Positions 49,401 through 60,022 of a stretch of DNA of 64,000 bases are shown here, piece by piece. The stretch spans positions 95,356,001-95,420,000 of the forward strand of contig CM060731.1 in NCBI GenBank assembly GCA_030704615.1, in the 5' to 3' direction. The number at the start of each line of letters is the position of its first letter. Positions within the stretch are counted from its first letter, which is position 1. A program made the position numbers and the translations under genes. This DNA is from Takakia lepidozioides. Taxonomy: Eukaryota > Plantae > Bryophyta. A model generated the notes under the pieces. The model had not been told where the DNA came from and did no database searches. It saw only the letters and a list, made by a program, of their open reading frames with translations.

Positions 49401-51581
49401 GGCGGAATTGTTGACGAGTCTGAGAAAGATCTGCACGTGAAAGCAGAAGAGAAGAGAAAGGAAAGACGTGTCCCTGCTCGGCCAGAGTCGGCAAAGGAAG
49501 CTGCTGCTCTGGAACAATCCAGAAAGGCAGCTGAGATGGCACAGAAGACGGTGGATGCAGCTGTGCAGGCTCAACAGAAGGGGTCGAAGAAGCGGACTCG
49601 CCAGCAAGGAGCAGCAGTTGTGACACCCAAGAAAACGAAGAAGCAGAAACAGATAGTGCAGGTAGAGGGTGAGGAAGAGGACTCCGATGGAGACTTTGCA
49701 ACCAGCCCACCCCCCGAGACGCAGCCGAAATCCCCTGTGCCCACCGTTGTCACGAGAGGGACGAGAACTGGCTCGGCAAAGAAGGCACTCTTCAACCCCC
49801 GGGGGGGCACCCTTTCGAGCCGGTGGAAATGAAGAGGCCGAAAGTGGATCCCGATACAGTAGTCCAGTGTGTGAATGAGAGTTTCTTGGCGGCTTTGGAT
49901 GGACGGGCAGCCAAGTTGGCATACATGAAGACCATGGAGGGTCTGAAGGGCAGAGCACTGAAGAAGGCGGCTGCCGAAGAGCCTTCCGACACCCCCGGTT
50001 TCTGAAGATGGTCTCGTTCTTTGAGAGGGTGTGTGCAGACAAGGATTGCAGGAGGGGCGGAAATGCCACCGATTGGTCTTGCGATATGATCATCTTGGAT
50101 ATTCCAGACGGAGAGCCTGTGGAAGGACTGCAAGCTTTGCCATCTTGGAACAGGTACTCCGAGGACTTTTGGAAGAAAGGATTCGGGCTCGCCCGCATGG
50201 TGTTGGACGACAGAGGCTGTGTGGTTGTCCTGGCGAGCAGAGGCAAAAACACGCAGACAGGAATTGCGAAGTGAACCCGCAAGAGCGCCGTCCCAATTCT
50301 GAAGAAGAAGTGGACGTGCATCAACACATTGGGCCTTCGGTCGGAAGGGAAGAAGGTAATTACGACCTTGGCACTCGTCCTTTCATTTTCTTAGGAGTCT
50401 TGAAATGCGGTGCCGCATTCGATTTCTAATCGTTCCCCACTGTGTATGCAGACGAAGCAGTTCGATGCATACTGCTTTGTGAAGGAGAACTCCACCTTTG
50501 CTTTCCGGAAGGAGGGATTGTTGGTTGACCCGAACTGCGACCCCATCGATTACGACGTCCTGTTCAACAACGTTCCCACGGAACTTCTCCCTCATAGCCT
50601 CACTTCAACTGAACCCCTGCGGTATTCACGCACTCGGAGCCCTTGCCTTCATTCAGACAATTATGGAGACATGCACTGACGTGGAGGGCACAGTGCTCGA
50701 CCTCATCTGTGGGACAGGTATGCAGAATCTTGTTGTATGCTTTTCTGCAAACTCTCGTTATGCTTTCATTCGCAACAAAGGCCATGTCATAATGTGTGGA
50801 TGGCATTGTAACAGGTGCCTCAATGTGGGCTGGCCGGTTTTCCGACCGGCACCTCTTTGCCTACGAGGAGGACACAGGCGTCTGGGGATCCCATCTGGAA
50901 GGGCTGCAACGGAATGTGAAGGCTCCCATCGAAGTCAAAGACTCCTCGGATTCGTCGGAGTCGGAGGAAGAGACAGTGGACATTGATGCCGAGGAGAACC
51001 CGGAATACGAGTGAGTGCAAACATTGTAAGTTTGCAAAGCCTTCTGTGTGATTTTTTGTCAAACGCATATCCGGACTGTGGTTCTCATTGGTCTCGTTGG
51101 TGATTGTTATATGCAGGATTGGAGGATCCGGGTCGAAACATGTAAGGCCTACACTTCCTGCCAGGAAGAATGTCCCGTTCTTTGCGAGGGCCGACTTCAT
51201 GACGAGCCCGGTGAAGGACTACTCCCTTCCTAGTTATGCAGCTAAACTCGCAAATAGATTAGACGATGTGAGAATCCCAGTAAAGTAGAGCAGATTTTGG
51301 AGAGGGCTAGGGAGGACAGAAGGATAAGGAAAGAGTTGGCAACAGCTGAGGCAGGTAGACGGGTGCGAAAGTTCATATGTGATTCAGCGGATGAGAGCGA
51401 TGCAGACAGGGAGGACGACGAGCCAACGGAGGTGAGATGGTCGGTTCCGCAAGGTGAAGATGGGATTTTCGAAAGCCTGGCCAACGACCAGTCCGCTGGA
51501 GATGAGAAAGGCAATGACGGGGTGGAGGCGGAGCAGGACAGTCAAGGACAGGACGACAGTAGTGATGATTTTCAAGATTAA
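46402..51581 (+). pseudogene. Gene X (ParB/Srx-like + MTase-like), copy A3
   Basis: Same exons and motifs as A1; frameshifts near 47010, 49065, 49790-50005, 50640, 51260 and TGG>TGA at 50272-50274. Confidence 0.8.
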
Positions 51582-51717
51582 TAGAATTTTAATGAACTCT
51601 CTGTACATTTAAATTCAATTCCAGAGTATATAAAGGGAATTCTCCCCGTCCTTCATGTCCCCTCTCCCATGTGCTTCTAAACGACAACATCGTCCAAACC
51701 TGGTCCCTCCCAAAATC

Positions 51718-52742
51718 TGAAATGCGGCAACGCATTTCAATGTCTGAACGGAAATGTGGCAACTGCAAAAACCTCCTTTGGAAATGCGGCACCGCATTTC
51801 CAAAACCGGGGCAAGAACAATTTTCCGTTTCATGGTTTGGACATCAGAAATTGTTCGGACAAACGGAAATGAAGTGCCGCATTTCCGTTTCCGACACTGC
51901 AGTTTTGCCGATTGTCAGCTCCTTCCATGGATGTAAATGGAAATGCGGAGGTCAAACATGGAAATGCGGTGCCGCATTTACCTTTTGGAGATGGACATTT
52001 TTCCAACTGCAGACCCATCGACGTTCTTGGGCTCCCCATTCCATGATGCTAGACGGGAATGCGGCACCGCATTCCATTGTCCAATAAGAAATTTCGATGA
52101 CGTACATGGAAATGCGGCGCCGCATTTCCAAATTCCAGACCCTTTGATGGAAATGCGGCACCGAATTCCATCGTCCTATAAAAACTTACATTGTCCTATA
52201 AAAACTTTCAATTGCCCAACATGGGAAATGCGGCGCCGCATTTCCAAAACAGACATCGTTGTTTGTCCAATTCCAGACCCGTGTGGGCATTCCGTCTTGA
52301 TAGACGGAAATGCGGCACCGCATTCCATTGTCCGATTCGATATTTTGATGACAGACATGGAAATGCGGTGCCGCATTTCCAGAACTTCCATCGTTGTTTG
52401 TCCAATTCCAGACCCTTCGACGGAAATGCGGCACCGCATTCCATTGTGCTCTCCGGAAATGTTGTGCCGCATTTCATTGTTCGGTACAAAATTTCGATGA
52501 CGGACATGGAAATGCGGTGCCACATTTCAAGTATGGACATGGACAAGCATTAGCGACTGGACATGCTTGGATAGTTCAATGTCGAATATGGAAATGCGGC
52601 GCCGCATTTCCAATTCGAAGTATGGTAATGCCATGTCAGGAAATGAAATGTTGTACAGCATTTCCGTTACGACGACAACGGAGGAAAGGGAGCTGCCAGA
52701 AATCGCTTCATGGAGAAAATGGAATGCGGTGCCGAATTTCCG
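51718..52742. repeat. Right-arm family-A palindrome cluster (A3)
   Basis: Many GGAAATGCGGYRCCGCATTTCC copies; expanded relative to A1/A2. Confidence 0.88.
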
Positions 52743-53004
52743 AGCTTCGGCGTGTACATGTTTCCTACAACTCATACATGGATTTTCTTCACCTCAGGAC
52801 TCTGATATCGCTGACTCTGGTATATTCATATGGACAGACACATTGTAGAAATGAGACCTCAAATTGTAAACAGTGGGCCAATTACGGCAGTTCTTGAACA
52901 CGATGAAACACAAGCACACAGAAGTGAGGTACGATGGGTTGTTTTATTGATCGAACACGGTGTCTCACATTTAGCAACTCCAGACTCCTCCTTCTACATG
53001 GGTG

Positions 53005-53613
53005 TCACCAAGTCGACGGAACTTCGATAGCCCTCAAAACAAGCTCATTACTGATGCGGCATCTCGAGGTAAACTGCAATGCGGTCGATCTGGTGCCCTT
53101 GGTGGAGCTGACGACAATGTCATGCCCATCAATCATACCACCATCATACATCGACAAGGTCACTGTGGGCCTCCTGTGCCCGTGCGATTCGTCTTCGCAA
53201 CTCAGCCGAATGTCTCCATACACTGGAAAAGCGGAGTGAACTCCACGAATATAGTTTTCCCCGGTGCCGTCCTCCCTGGTCCACTGGCAGCAGTTCCAGC
53301 GCCAAAGTGAGGCCGTGCGTGATCTGTCCGGCATCCCATTCCACCTTGGTATATCGAGGTCAACAATTTTCAGGACCCACGGACCGCATTGACCCTCGCC
53401 CTCACCTCGCTCAAAGCAGTAATAGCCCTCCAGATACTCCATTGCGCGCAAAGACTCCCGCTTGATTCCAAATGCGTCTGTGAAAAGTGAAAGCCAGACA
53501 ATGATGTCTCCTGATTCTGGTTTGAACATAGCATAATCGTGGCCACGATAAGGGCAGTCAGCAGGATTTCGGCGGCACGGCATCCCTGAAAAAGAGTAGC
53601 GCAGTACGCTCAA
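53005..53613 (-). CDS. ORF-Y2, hypothetical ~200-aa cargo protein, inverted paralog of ORF-Y1
   Basis: Open 202-codon frame aligning motif-by-motif with ORF-Y1; start uncertain. Confidence 0.6.
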   Translation of the reverse strand: MSVLRYSFSGMPCRRNPADCPYRGHDYAMFKPESGDIIVWLSLFTDAFGIKRESLRAMEYLEGYYCFERGEGEGQCGPWVLKIVDLDIPRWNGMPDRSRTASLWRWNCCQWTREDGTGENYIRGVHSAFPVYGDIRLSCEDESHGHRRPTVTLSMYDGGMIDGHDIVVSSTKGTRSTALQFTSRCRISNELVLRAIEVPSTW

Positions 53614-54019
53614 TGATAGCAGCTCCCGGATGGAGGAGGGAGCAGCGCGGTGGCTGGAAGAAATTCAAGCAAACGCTGCAATTCCTCACAAACACTCCAT
53701 GGCACAATTAAATTTCCCCCCGACAGAAACCTGCATGGATGAAGATTGGCTCATCCATGGATGTAGCCGTTTCATTTTCCTTCCCTACCATGCAAACTAT
53801 GGGCAGTAAGTGCCAGGTGGGCCTATAGCCACTCGAGATGACGAAGTCCATCCCCCCTTCGATGTAAATGCGGCGCCGAATTTCCATCCGAGGGATGGAC
53901 TTCGGTGGCAGATTTCAAACTATACCCCGTGGATGAGAAAGAGGTATCGGTTCATCCACCGCTGGCTTGTTGAACACGTTACACGATGATTGGTGGGTAC
54001 TTGTGACCCAGATGGTCCA

Positions 54020-54702
54020 TTATTGGAGCCCGCACTGCTCTTCCGCTTCTCATCATTTCGAAAATGTAAGGGCTTCATTGCTGTCCGCAAGGTCATTGTC
54101 ATCGGCATCAAAGACGTCCTCAGGTCCTCCTTTGCAAGGATGCCGTGCTTCCGGAACTGGGACGACTGCCCTTATGGAGGCATCGATTATGCAATGTATT
54201 CGGCCACATCGGGAGACATCGTTATCTGGTACACAGATTACACAGAAGATACCGGTTCAAATGTGGAAACATTGTCGCTTTTGAGTATCTCCCAGGCCAG
54301 TACGCCTTTGAGCGGGGTGACAATCTTGGTCTGAGGAGTCCGTGGCTCCTGCGCATCCTTGATTCCGATTTTCCCAGCTACGACGGGCGCCCATGCAGAA
54401 GAATCCGCACTGCTATGCTGTTGCGGTGGAACTGCTGCTAGTGGACGTGGGTGGACTCCATCGGAGAGACTTATACTCCTGAAGGAGTGCGCTCATCTTC
54501 TCCATTGTATGGGGACATTCGCATTGGTGTGGACGGCGAAAACGTGAAGCTTTCCATATTCGATGGTGGTATGATTGAAGGGCAGGACATTGTGGTGAAC
54601 ATCAACAGGGGCGGTACAACGGCTGCAATCCAGTTTACCTGGAGGAGCCCGAAGACTCATGAGCTAGTTCTCAGAGCAGTCGAAGTCCCATTGACAACGT
54701 GA
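54020..54702 (+). pseudogene. ORF-Y1, copy A3 (frameshift and stop)
   Basis: Matches 33593-34267; CAG>TAG at 54439-54441. Confidence 0.6.
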
Positions 54703-54781
54703 CTTGTATTCAGAAGGCACAGGGCTAAAGATTTGTTTGCACAATCAGCACAGTAGACGTGCTTCAAATGCAATTCATGTG

Positions 54782-55511
54782 TGTCACGGCCCTTTGCCTT
54801 GAGGGCAGTGGGGGGGTCGGGACACAAGAGGGGCTGCCCCTGTGGTGGGGGCAGTAGCAGCAATAGGTACGGGGGCTGAAGCACCCTTGAGTGCCCAAGG
54901 CACTCAAGGAGGCGGAGGCGCTCACTAGGTGGAGCCCTGCACACCGGGTTGCGGTGGGGGTGGCTCCACAAGGGGTGGTGGTAGCTTAGCGGGACTTAGT
55001 GGGGGTGGCATAGGACTCACCATGGGGTGGAGACCTCGAGGTGGGAGTCGTGGGGAGTCTTGGGACTCATCATGGTCCATTGGGGCCGCGGTGAGTGGGC
55101 CAAGACTCACCGCGACTCACCACCGGGAATCGAGGGTCTTCGTGGTGGTTTGCCATAAAATGGCATGGCTGGTTGTGAAACCCCCGCGGACAGCTACAGA
55201 AGTATATATAGGGAGTAGTAACCCCGAGAACGGTTCAAGCCCGTTGGTGACCAAAAACTAGTGAGTAAGCGAGCGAGCCGGAAAGCGACCAAAGAGTGGG
55301 GAGCTGTTCCGGACTGCCAACTACCAAAGGGAATTCCCGCTGGTTCCAAATCGGTGGAGCGTTCTTTGGGAGAACAAAGGGGGGACCGTTATGCCCCGGT
55401 GAGCAGCCGAAGCTCCAAGTTGGCCCGGCGGCCAAGTTGGGAGTCAGGCGCGCGCATCAAAGCGAGTAACTATGACTTGAAGGGGAGCTTACCGAAGTGA
55501 GGTGCGCGACA
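54782..55511. mobile_element. Solo LTR (730 bp) inserted in A3
   Basis: TGTCAC...GCGACA ends, 5-bp TSD ATGTG (54777-54781 and 55512-55516); empty site CAATTCATGTGGATC in A1 and A2. Confidence 0.92.
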
Positions 55512-55914
55512 ATGTGGATCAATAAAAACCCCATTGTGCCCTCTATTTGTTCTATTCTTTATCCATCGTTCCCAAAATGCGTCATTCCTCATTACGTTTG
55601 GGATTGGGAGTGTGGGTGGATTTTGCAAGTGGCTGGTAGGCTGAAATGGGCCCCCATTGTACAGATCAGTACCACCCTACCATTTGCGAAACATTGCCTT
55701 TCAATATGTAATTCTAAAAAACATTGCCGAACCTCCTTCATCGGGAGGTCCTTCTCCCCCTATGACCGTGACACCCTAAACCCTATTCCCGCGGACACTC
55801 ATTTCCGGAAAATAGTCCTGCTCATGTTTTTTTCGACACTTACGACTCTGCTCATGGCTCATGGCTCATGGTTCATGCCGCTCATGGCTCATGGCTCATG
55901 AAATAGCAGCCCCC

Positions 55915-56148
55915 CCGGAAAGCGACCAAAGAGTGGGGAGCTGTTCCGGACTGCCAACTACCAAAGGGAATTCCGCTGGTTCGAAATCGTTGGAGGGTTC
56001 TTTGGGAGATCAAAGGGGGGGACCGTTATGCCCCGGTGAGCAGCCGGAGCTCCAAGTTGGCCCGGCGGCCAGGTTGGGAGTTAGGCGCGCGCATCAAGCG
56101 AGTAACTATGACTTCAGAAGAGAGCTTACCGAAGTGAGATGCGCGACA
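55915..56148 (+). mobile_element. LTR fragment (solo-LTR family), apparent insertion target of A3
   Basis: Matches 55278-55511 and ends GCGCGACA; starts right after the A3 TIR. Confidence 0.85.
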
Positions 56149-56503
56149 TGCGGTATGTGAAGGTGGACGGAAATTCGGTACCGCATTTCCATTCTGATTG
56201 AGAATTATGAACAACGGGAACTGAAATGGGGCACCGCATTTCCGTCCGAGTCGCACCTTCCGACATACCAGAACGGAAATGCGGTGCCGCATTTTCGTTT
56301 TGTATCTGAGGCATGGAGAGGAGGGACGGAAATGTTGCACCGCATTTCCGTCCATTTGAGACCTTCATACTCTCCAGAACGGAAATGCAGTACCGCATTT
56401 CCGTTCTGACTGAAAATCGTGAACCATCGGAACTGAAATGCGGCACCGCATTTCCGTCCGAGTGGCACCTTCCGACATTCCAGAACGGAAATGCGGCGCC
56501 GCA
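56149..56503. repeat. Isolated fragment of a family-A central palindrome array
   Basis: About seven ~53-bp units with the same spacers as 24953-26690. Confidence 0.88.
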
Positions 56504-56790
56504 TGTCGCGCACCTCACTTCGGTAAGCTCCCCCCTCAAGCCATAGTTACTCGCTTGATGCGCGCGCCTAACTCCCAACCTGGCCGTCGGGCCAACTTGG
56601 AGCTCCGGCTGCTCACTGGGGCATAATGGTCCCCCTTTGATCTCCCAAAGAACCCTCCAACGATTTCGAACCAGCGGAATTCCCTTTGGTAGTTGGCAGT
56701 CCGGAACAGCTCCCTACTCTTTGGTCGCTTTCTGGCTCGCTCGCTTGCACCGTTCTCGGGGTTACTACTCCCTATATATACTTCTGTAGC
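56504..56790 (-). mobile_element. Inverted LTR fragment (solo-LTR family)
   Basis: Reverse complement of ~55193-55511 and near-identical to 55915-56148. Confidence 0.85.
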
Positions 56791-57778
56791 CCGGGAGTGC
56801 GATCCTTCCTAGGACTCGCCTCCTATTACCGGAAGTATGTGAGAAATTTCGCCAAGATCACGGGGCCGTTGTTAGACCTTCTGTGTAAGTCCAAAGTCTG
56901 GGCATGGAACACCTTTTGTGGCCAAGCTTTTGCTGAATTGAAGGAGCGGATGGCGGAAGCTCCAGTCTTGAAAATCCCGGAGTTCGATCGTCCGTTCGAG
57001 ATTCATACAGATGCGTCGAACTTCGCGATTGGGGGTGTACTGATGCAAGATGGACGTCCAGTGGCTTACGAAAGTAAGAAACTGAATGAAGTGGAGCGAC
57101 GGTGGCCGACGCACGAGAAAGAGATGAAGGCGGTGGTGCACTGTCTTGAGCTTTGGTGCCCACTATGTTGGTTCCAACCCACTGAAGGTGTTCACGGACA
57201 ATGTCACGGTGAAGTATTTTGCCACGCAGCCCAAGTTGTCCCCAAAACAACTTAGGTGGCAAGATACTTTGGCGGTGTTTGACGTGGATATCCAGTACAA
57301 ACCGGGACGGGACAACGTGGTGGCCGATGCTTTAAGTAGAAAGCAGCAGCTCTTGTTGGTGTACAGGGGCGAGACGACGCTCCAAAGGAAGATCCGGAAG
57401 GCTTGCCGGAAGGATGAGCTGGCGAAGTCCGTGATGCAGGACTTGAGGATGGGGGTTAAATCGTAGTTCCACTTGCAAAATGGACTGCTCCAGTATAAGC
57501 AAAAGCGTCTCTACGTGCCGAAGGGAGGGATCAGAGATAGCCTCTTGAGAGAATGCCATGATAGCCCGCTTGCGGGCCACGGCGGAGCCAAACGCACTGC
57601 GGCACTCTTGAAGAAAAAGTATTTCTGGCCCAAACTGAGGGAGGAGGCAGAGGAGTATGTCAAGACATGCACCACATGCCAACAAAACCGGAGCGAGTAC
57701 AAAAAGCAAGCGGGGCTGTTACAACCCTTGCCGATTCCAGAGGGGACTTGGGAAAGCGTCTCGATGGATTTCATGACT
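56791..57778 (+). pseudogene. pol: Ty3/gypsy pol fragment (RT thumb, RNase H, integrase zinc finger)
   Basis: VRSFLGLASYYRKY, FEIHTDASNFAIGGVL, YKPGRDNVVADALSR, H-x-GH..YFWP..CTTCQ, GLLQPLPIP..WESVSMDF; frameshift near 57160 and stop at 57464-57466. Confidence 0.93.
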
Positions 57779-57782
57779 GCTA

Positions 57783-59159
57783 TTGCAGAACATTGCCACA
57801 ACTACTATAGACAATGTCTATAGTAGAATAGCGGAGTTACAGGAGGATATAGACGGCCTGCAGACTCAAGTGGAGGACCTCACTTCAAATATCGACAAGA
57901 GAGTCTGTGTATCTGATGAACAGCTAATGGCTTCCTATTTAAAAGCGAGAACTTTAGCTTTTCAGTCTTCTTCACAGGAGGTGCAGGAGATGCCAATGGT
58001 ACAAGAGCCAGTGCCACCAACATCACAACAAGTCACTGTGCCAATAGCTGACCCTGTTGTTACTACAACTACACCACAGCCACCATAGTCTGAGGTATGG
58101 GGCAATGCTGCTTTTAACCCACCTAAAACTCCAGCTGCAAGGGAGTACAGTAGGGCTATGATTCTGCCCTTCAACCAAATTCCCATCATGTTGGATTTGG
58201 CTTGGAAAGAATTTAGTCCTCCGCAGTCATTTGCACATTACTACCAAATCATGCGCATTTGGCTGCCAGTGGCAACTAGGACTAAAGTTCTTCCGAACAA
58301 TCGACCAATTGAAGATCATCACTTGGCACAATACTGGCATGAGGCAGGTACAATGTTGAGGGAATTAATTGCCTTCCAAGTTGTACATGGATTCATTTAT
58401 ACCAGGACCAAGGAGGTAGCGAGTATTGTCATGGGATGTGGATTATACTACGCTGCTTGTTTTCTGGTACGTTATCACATTGAGCAGCAAAAGATGCAAG
58501 CGCGCTTTCTGAGTTATTCTAGTGGGGATCATTGGGTCTTACCTTCAGTGCCACCTCATATGTACCTATATGAGCCAAAAGTTATGATGCAAAACGATTC
58601 TCAAATTCGTTCATGGTTTCAGGCAGCCTGGAACAATTTGTCAACACAGAAATTCGGCATTGATGATATTTTCTATAAGGCACATGTGGCATGGAAATAC
58701 TTGAACAAGTCACAAGTCATTGGTACCCCACTCACCTGGACAGACAAGGAGCTCAGTGTCTTCACCAATTTTGCAGTTCAGCGTTTATACCAAGTTTTAA
58801 AATATAAACTTCCAGACATGGTAGGACAACATTGTATGCCCCAGAGGATTCCACCAAAAGTTCGACAATTAAAACACCTGAGAGGTGATGAGGATTCTGA
58901 TACAACTGTTTCTTCGGCGGATTCTTTTGACATGGGAGAAGACTATGCAATTCAGATGGAAGAAAAGAAGCGACGGGGGTCTCCTATGCCTGAAAGATTA
59001 CCTCGATATCAGCCTCCAGAGGGCCTTACATATCCAAGTAGTGTTCAATCATCTCCGTCAACCAGTGGCAGACCTCGGGCTCGCACACAAAGTCCTTCAC
59101 GAGACTCTCAACGTCAGAAGGGTGCTCACTCACAAAGGTTTGCTAATCCCAAACAGTAA
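57783..59159 (+). pseudogene. Extra retroelement ORF upstream of PPT/3' LTR (coiled-coil-like start, unknown domain)
   Basis: ORFs 57783-58088 and 58158-59159 share a frame, separated by one TAG; ends ~20 bp before the polypurine tract. Confidence 0.55.
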
Positions 59160-59180
59160 ACCGTGAGGACACGGCTTTTT

Positions 59181-60017
59181 GAGAGGGGAAGGGGTAATGT
59201 TAGAGGACTGCCAGGGACTTAGACATTTTTACGGGATCTGAGGAGTACCCTTAATTTTTGCACAGACTGAGACCAATAGGAGCCTTAGGGGTGATAACAG
59301 CGCACTGTAGAGGGGGGTTACACAGCCCGTCACAGTCGTCACAGCCAACGCAGTCGTCACAGCCGACACAGCCATCACAGCCAACACAGCCCGTCACAGT
59401 CGTCACAGCCGACACAGCCAACACAGCCCGTCACAGTCGTCACAGCCAGTCACAGCCCGACACAGCCAAACACAGTAGCACAGCCAGTCACAGCCCGTCA
59501 CAGTTTCACACAGCCAGTCACAGCTTGACACAGCTGTCACGACCATAGGGAACGGATAGCAGGACAAGGAACGACTATGGGGAACAACACCTGCAAATGG
59601 AACATGTTAGTTCACGGACGACGGTTAGTGAGGGAAACGGTTAGAGCCACGGGTAGGAAGATAAAGGGAGAAGCAAGGACTGAGAGGGGGACGAATCTTG
59701 GAAGCACTCGAGGGGGAGGACTTCTTGGTCATGGATGAGAGGGGATCGGGCGCAGAGCAAGAACGGAAGCAAGCATGGAGAGCACGGTGAAGGAGGAGAG
59801 ATGATTAGTAAATGCTTGTTATATGCAAAGCTGTAGTGATATTGTAGAGGAGATTAGAGACACAATGGCTTCGGCCTGATACCTGATAAATCATAATCTG
59901 ATACTTATACGATACAATCACACTGTGTAGAGAGATCTGAGTGAAGCTGTGGAATGAATGGATGAGTTCATGAGCAAACTGATACTCAATTATCAATAGT
60001 AAGGTAGCTAGCTAACA
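59181..60017 (+). mobile_element. Polypurine tract (59181-59194) and 3' LTR (59198-60017)
   Basis: GAGAGGGGAAGGGG then TGTTAG...CTAACA; ACAGCC/GTCACAG repeats at 59321-59535; homologous to 37479-38189. Confidence 0.85.
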
Positions 60018-60022
60018 TGAAT

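Larger units (their letters stand above)
41995..55914 (+). mobile_element. Family A copy 3, left-truncated within the transposase intron
   Basis: Colinear with A2 from ~22373 to the right TIR (55894-55914); contains a solo LTR; right end abuts an LTR fragment. Confidence 0.9.

Noticed and set aside
49203-50327. Long antisense ORFs opposite gene X (also 2762-3382, 62841-63596)
   Set aside because: Shadow frames of GC-rich coding sequence; boundaries vary between copies and no motifs are recognisable.
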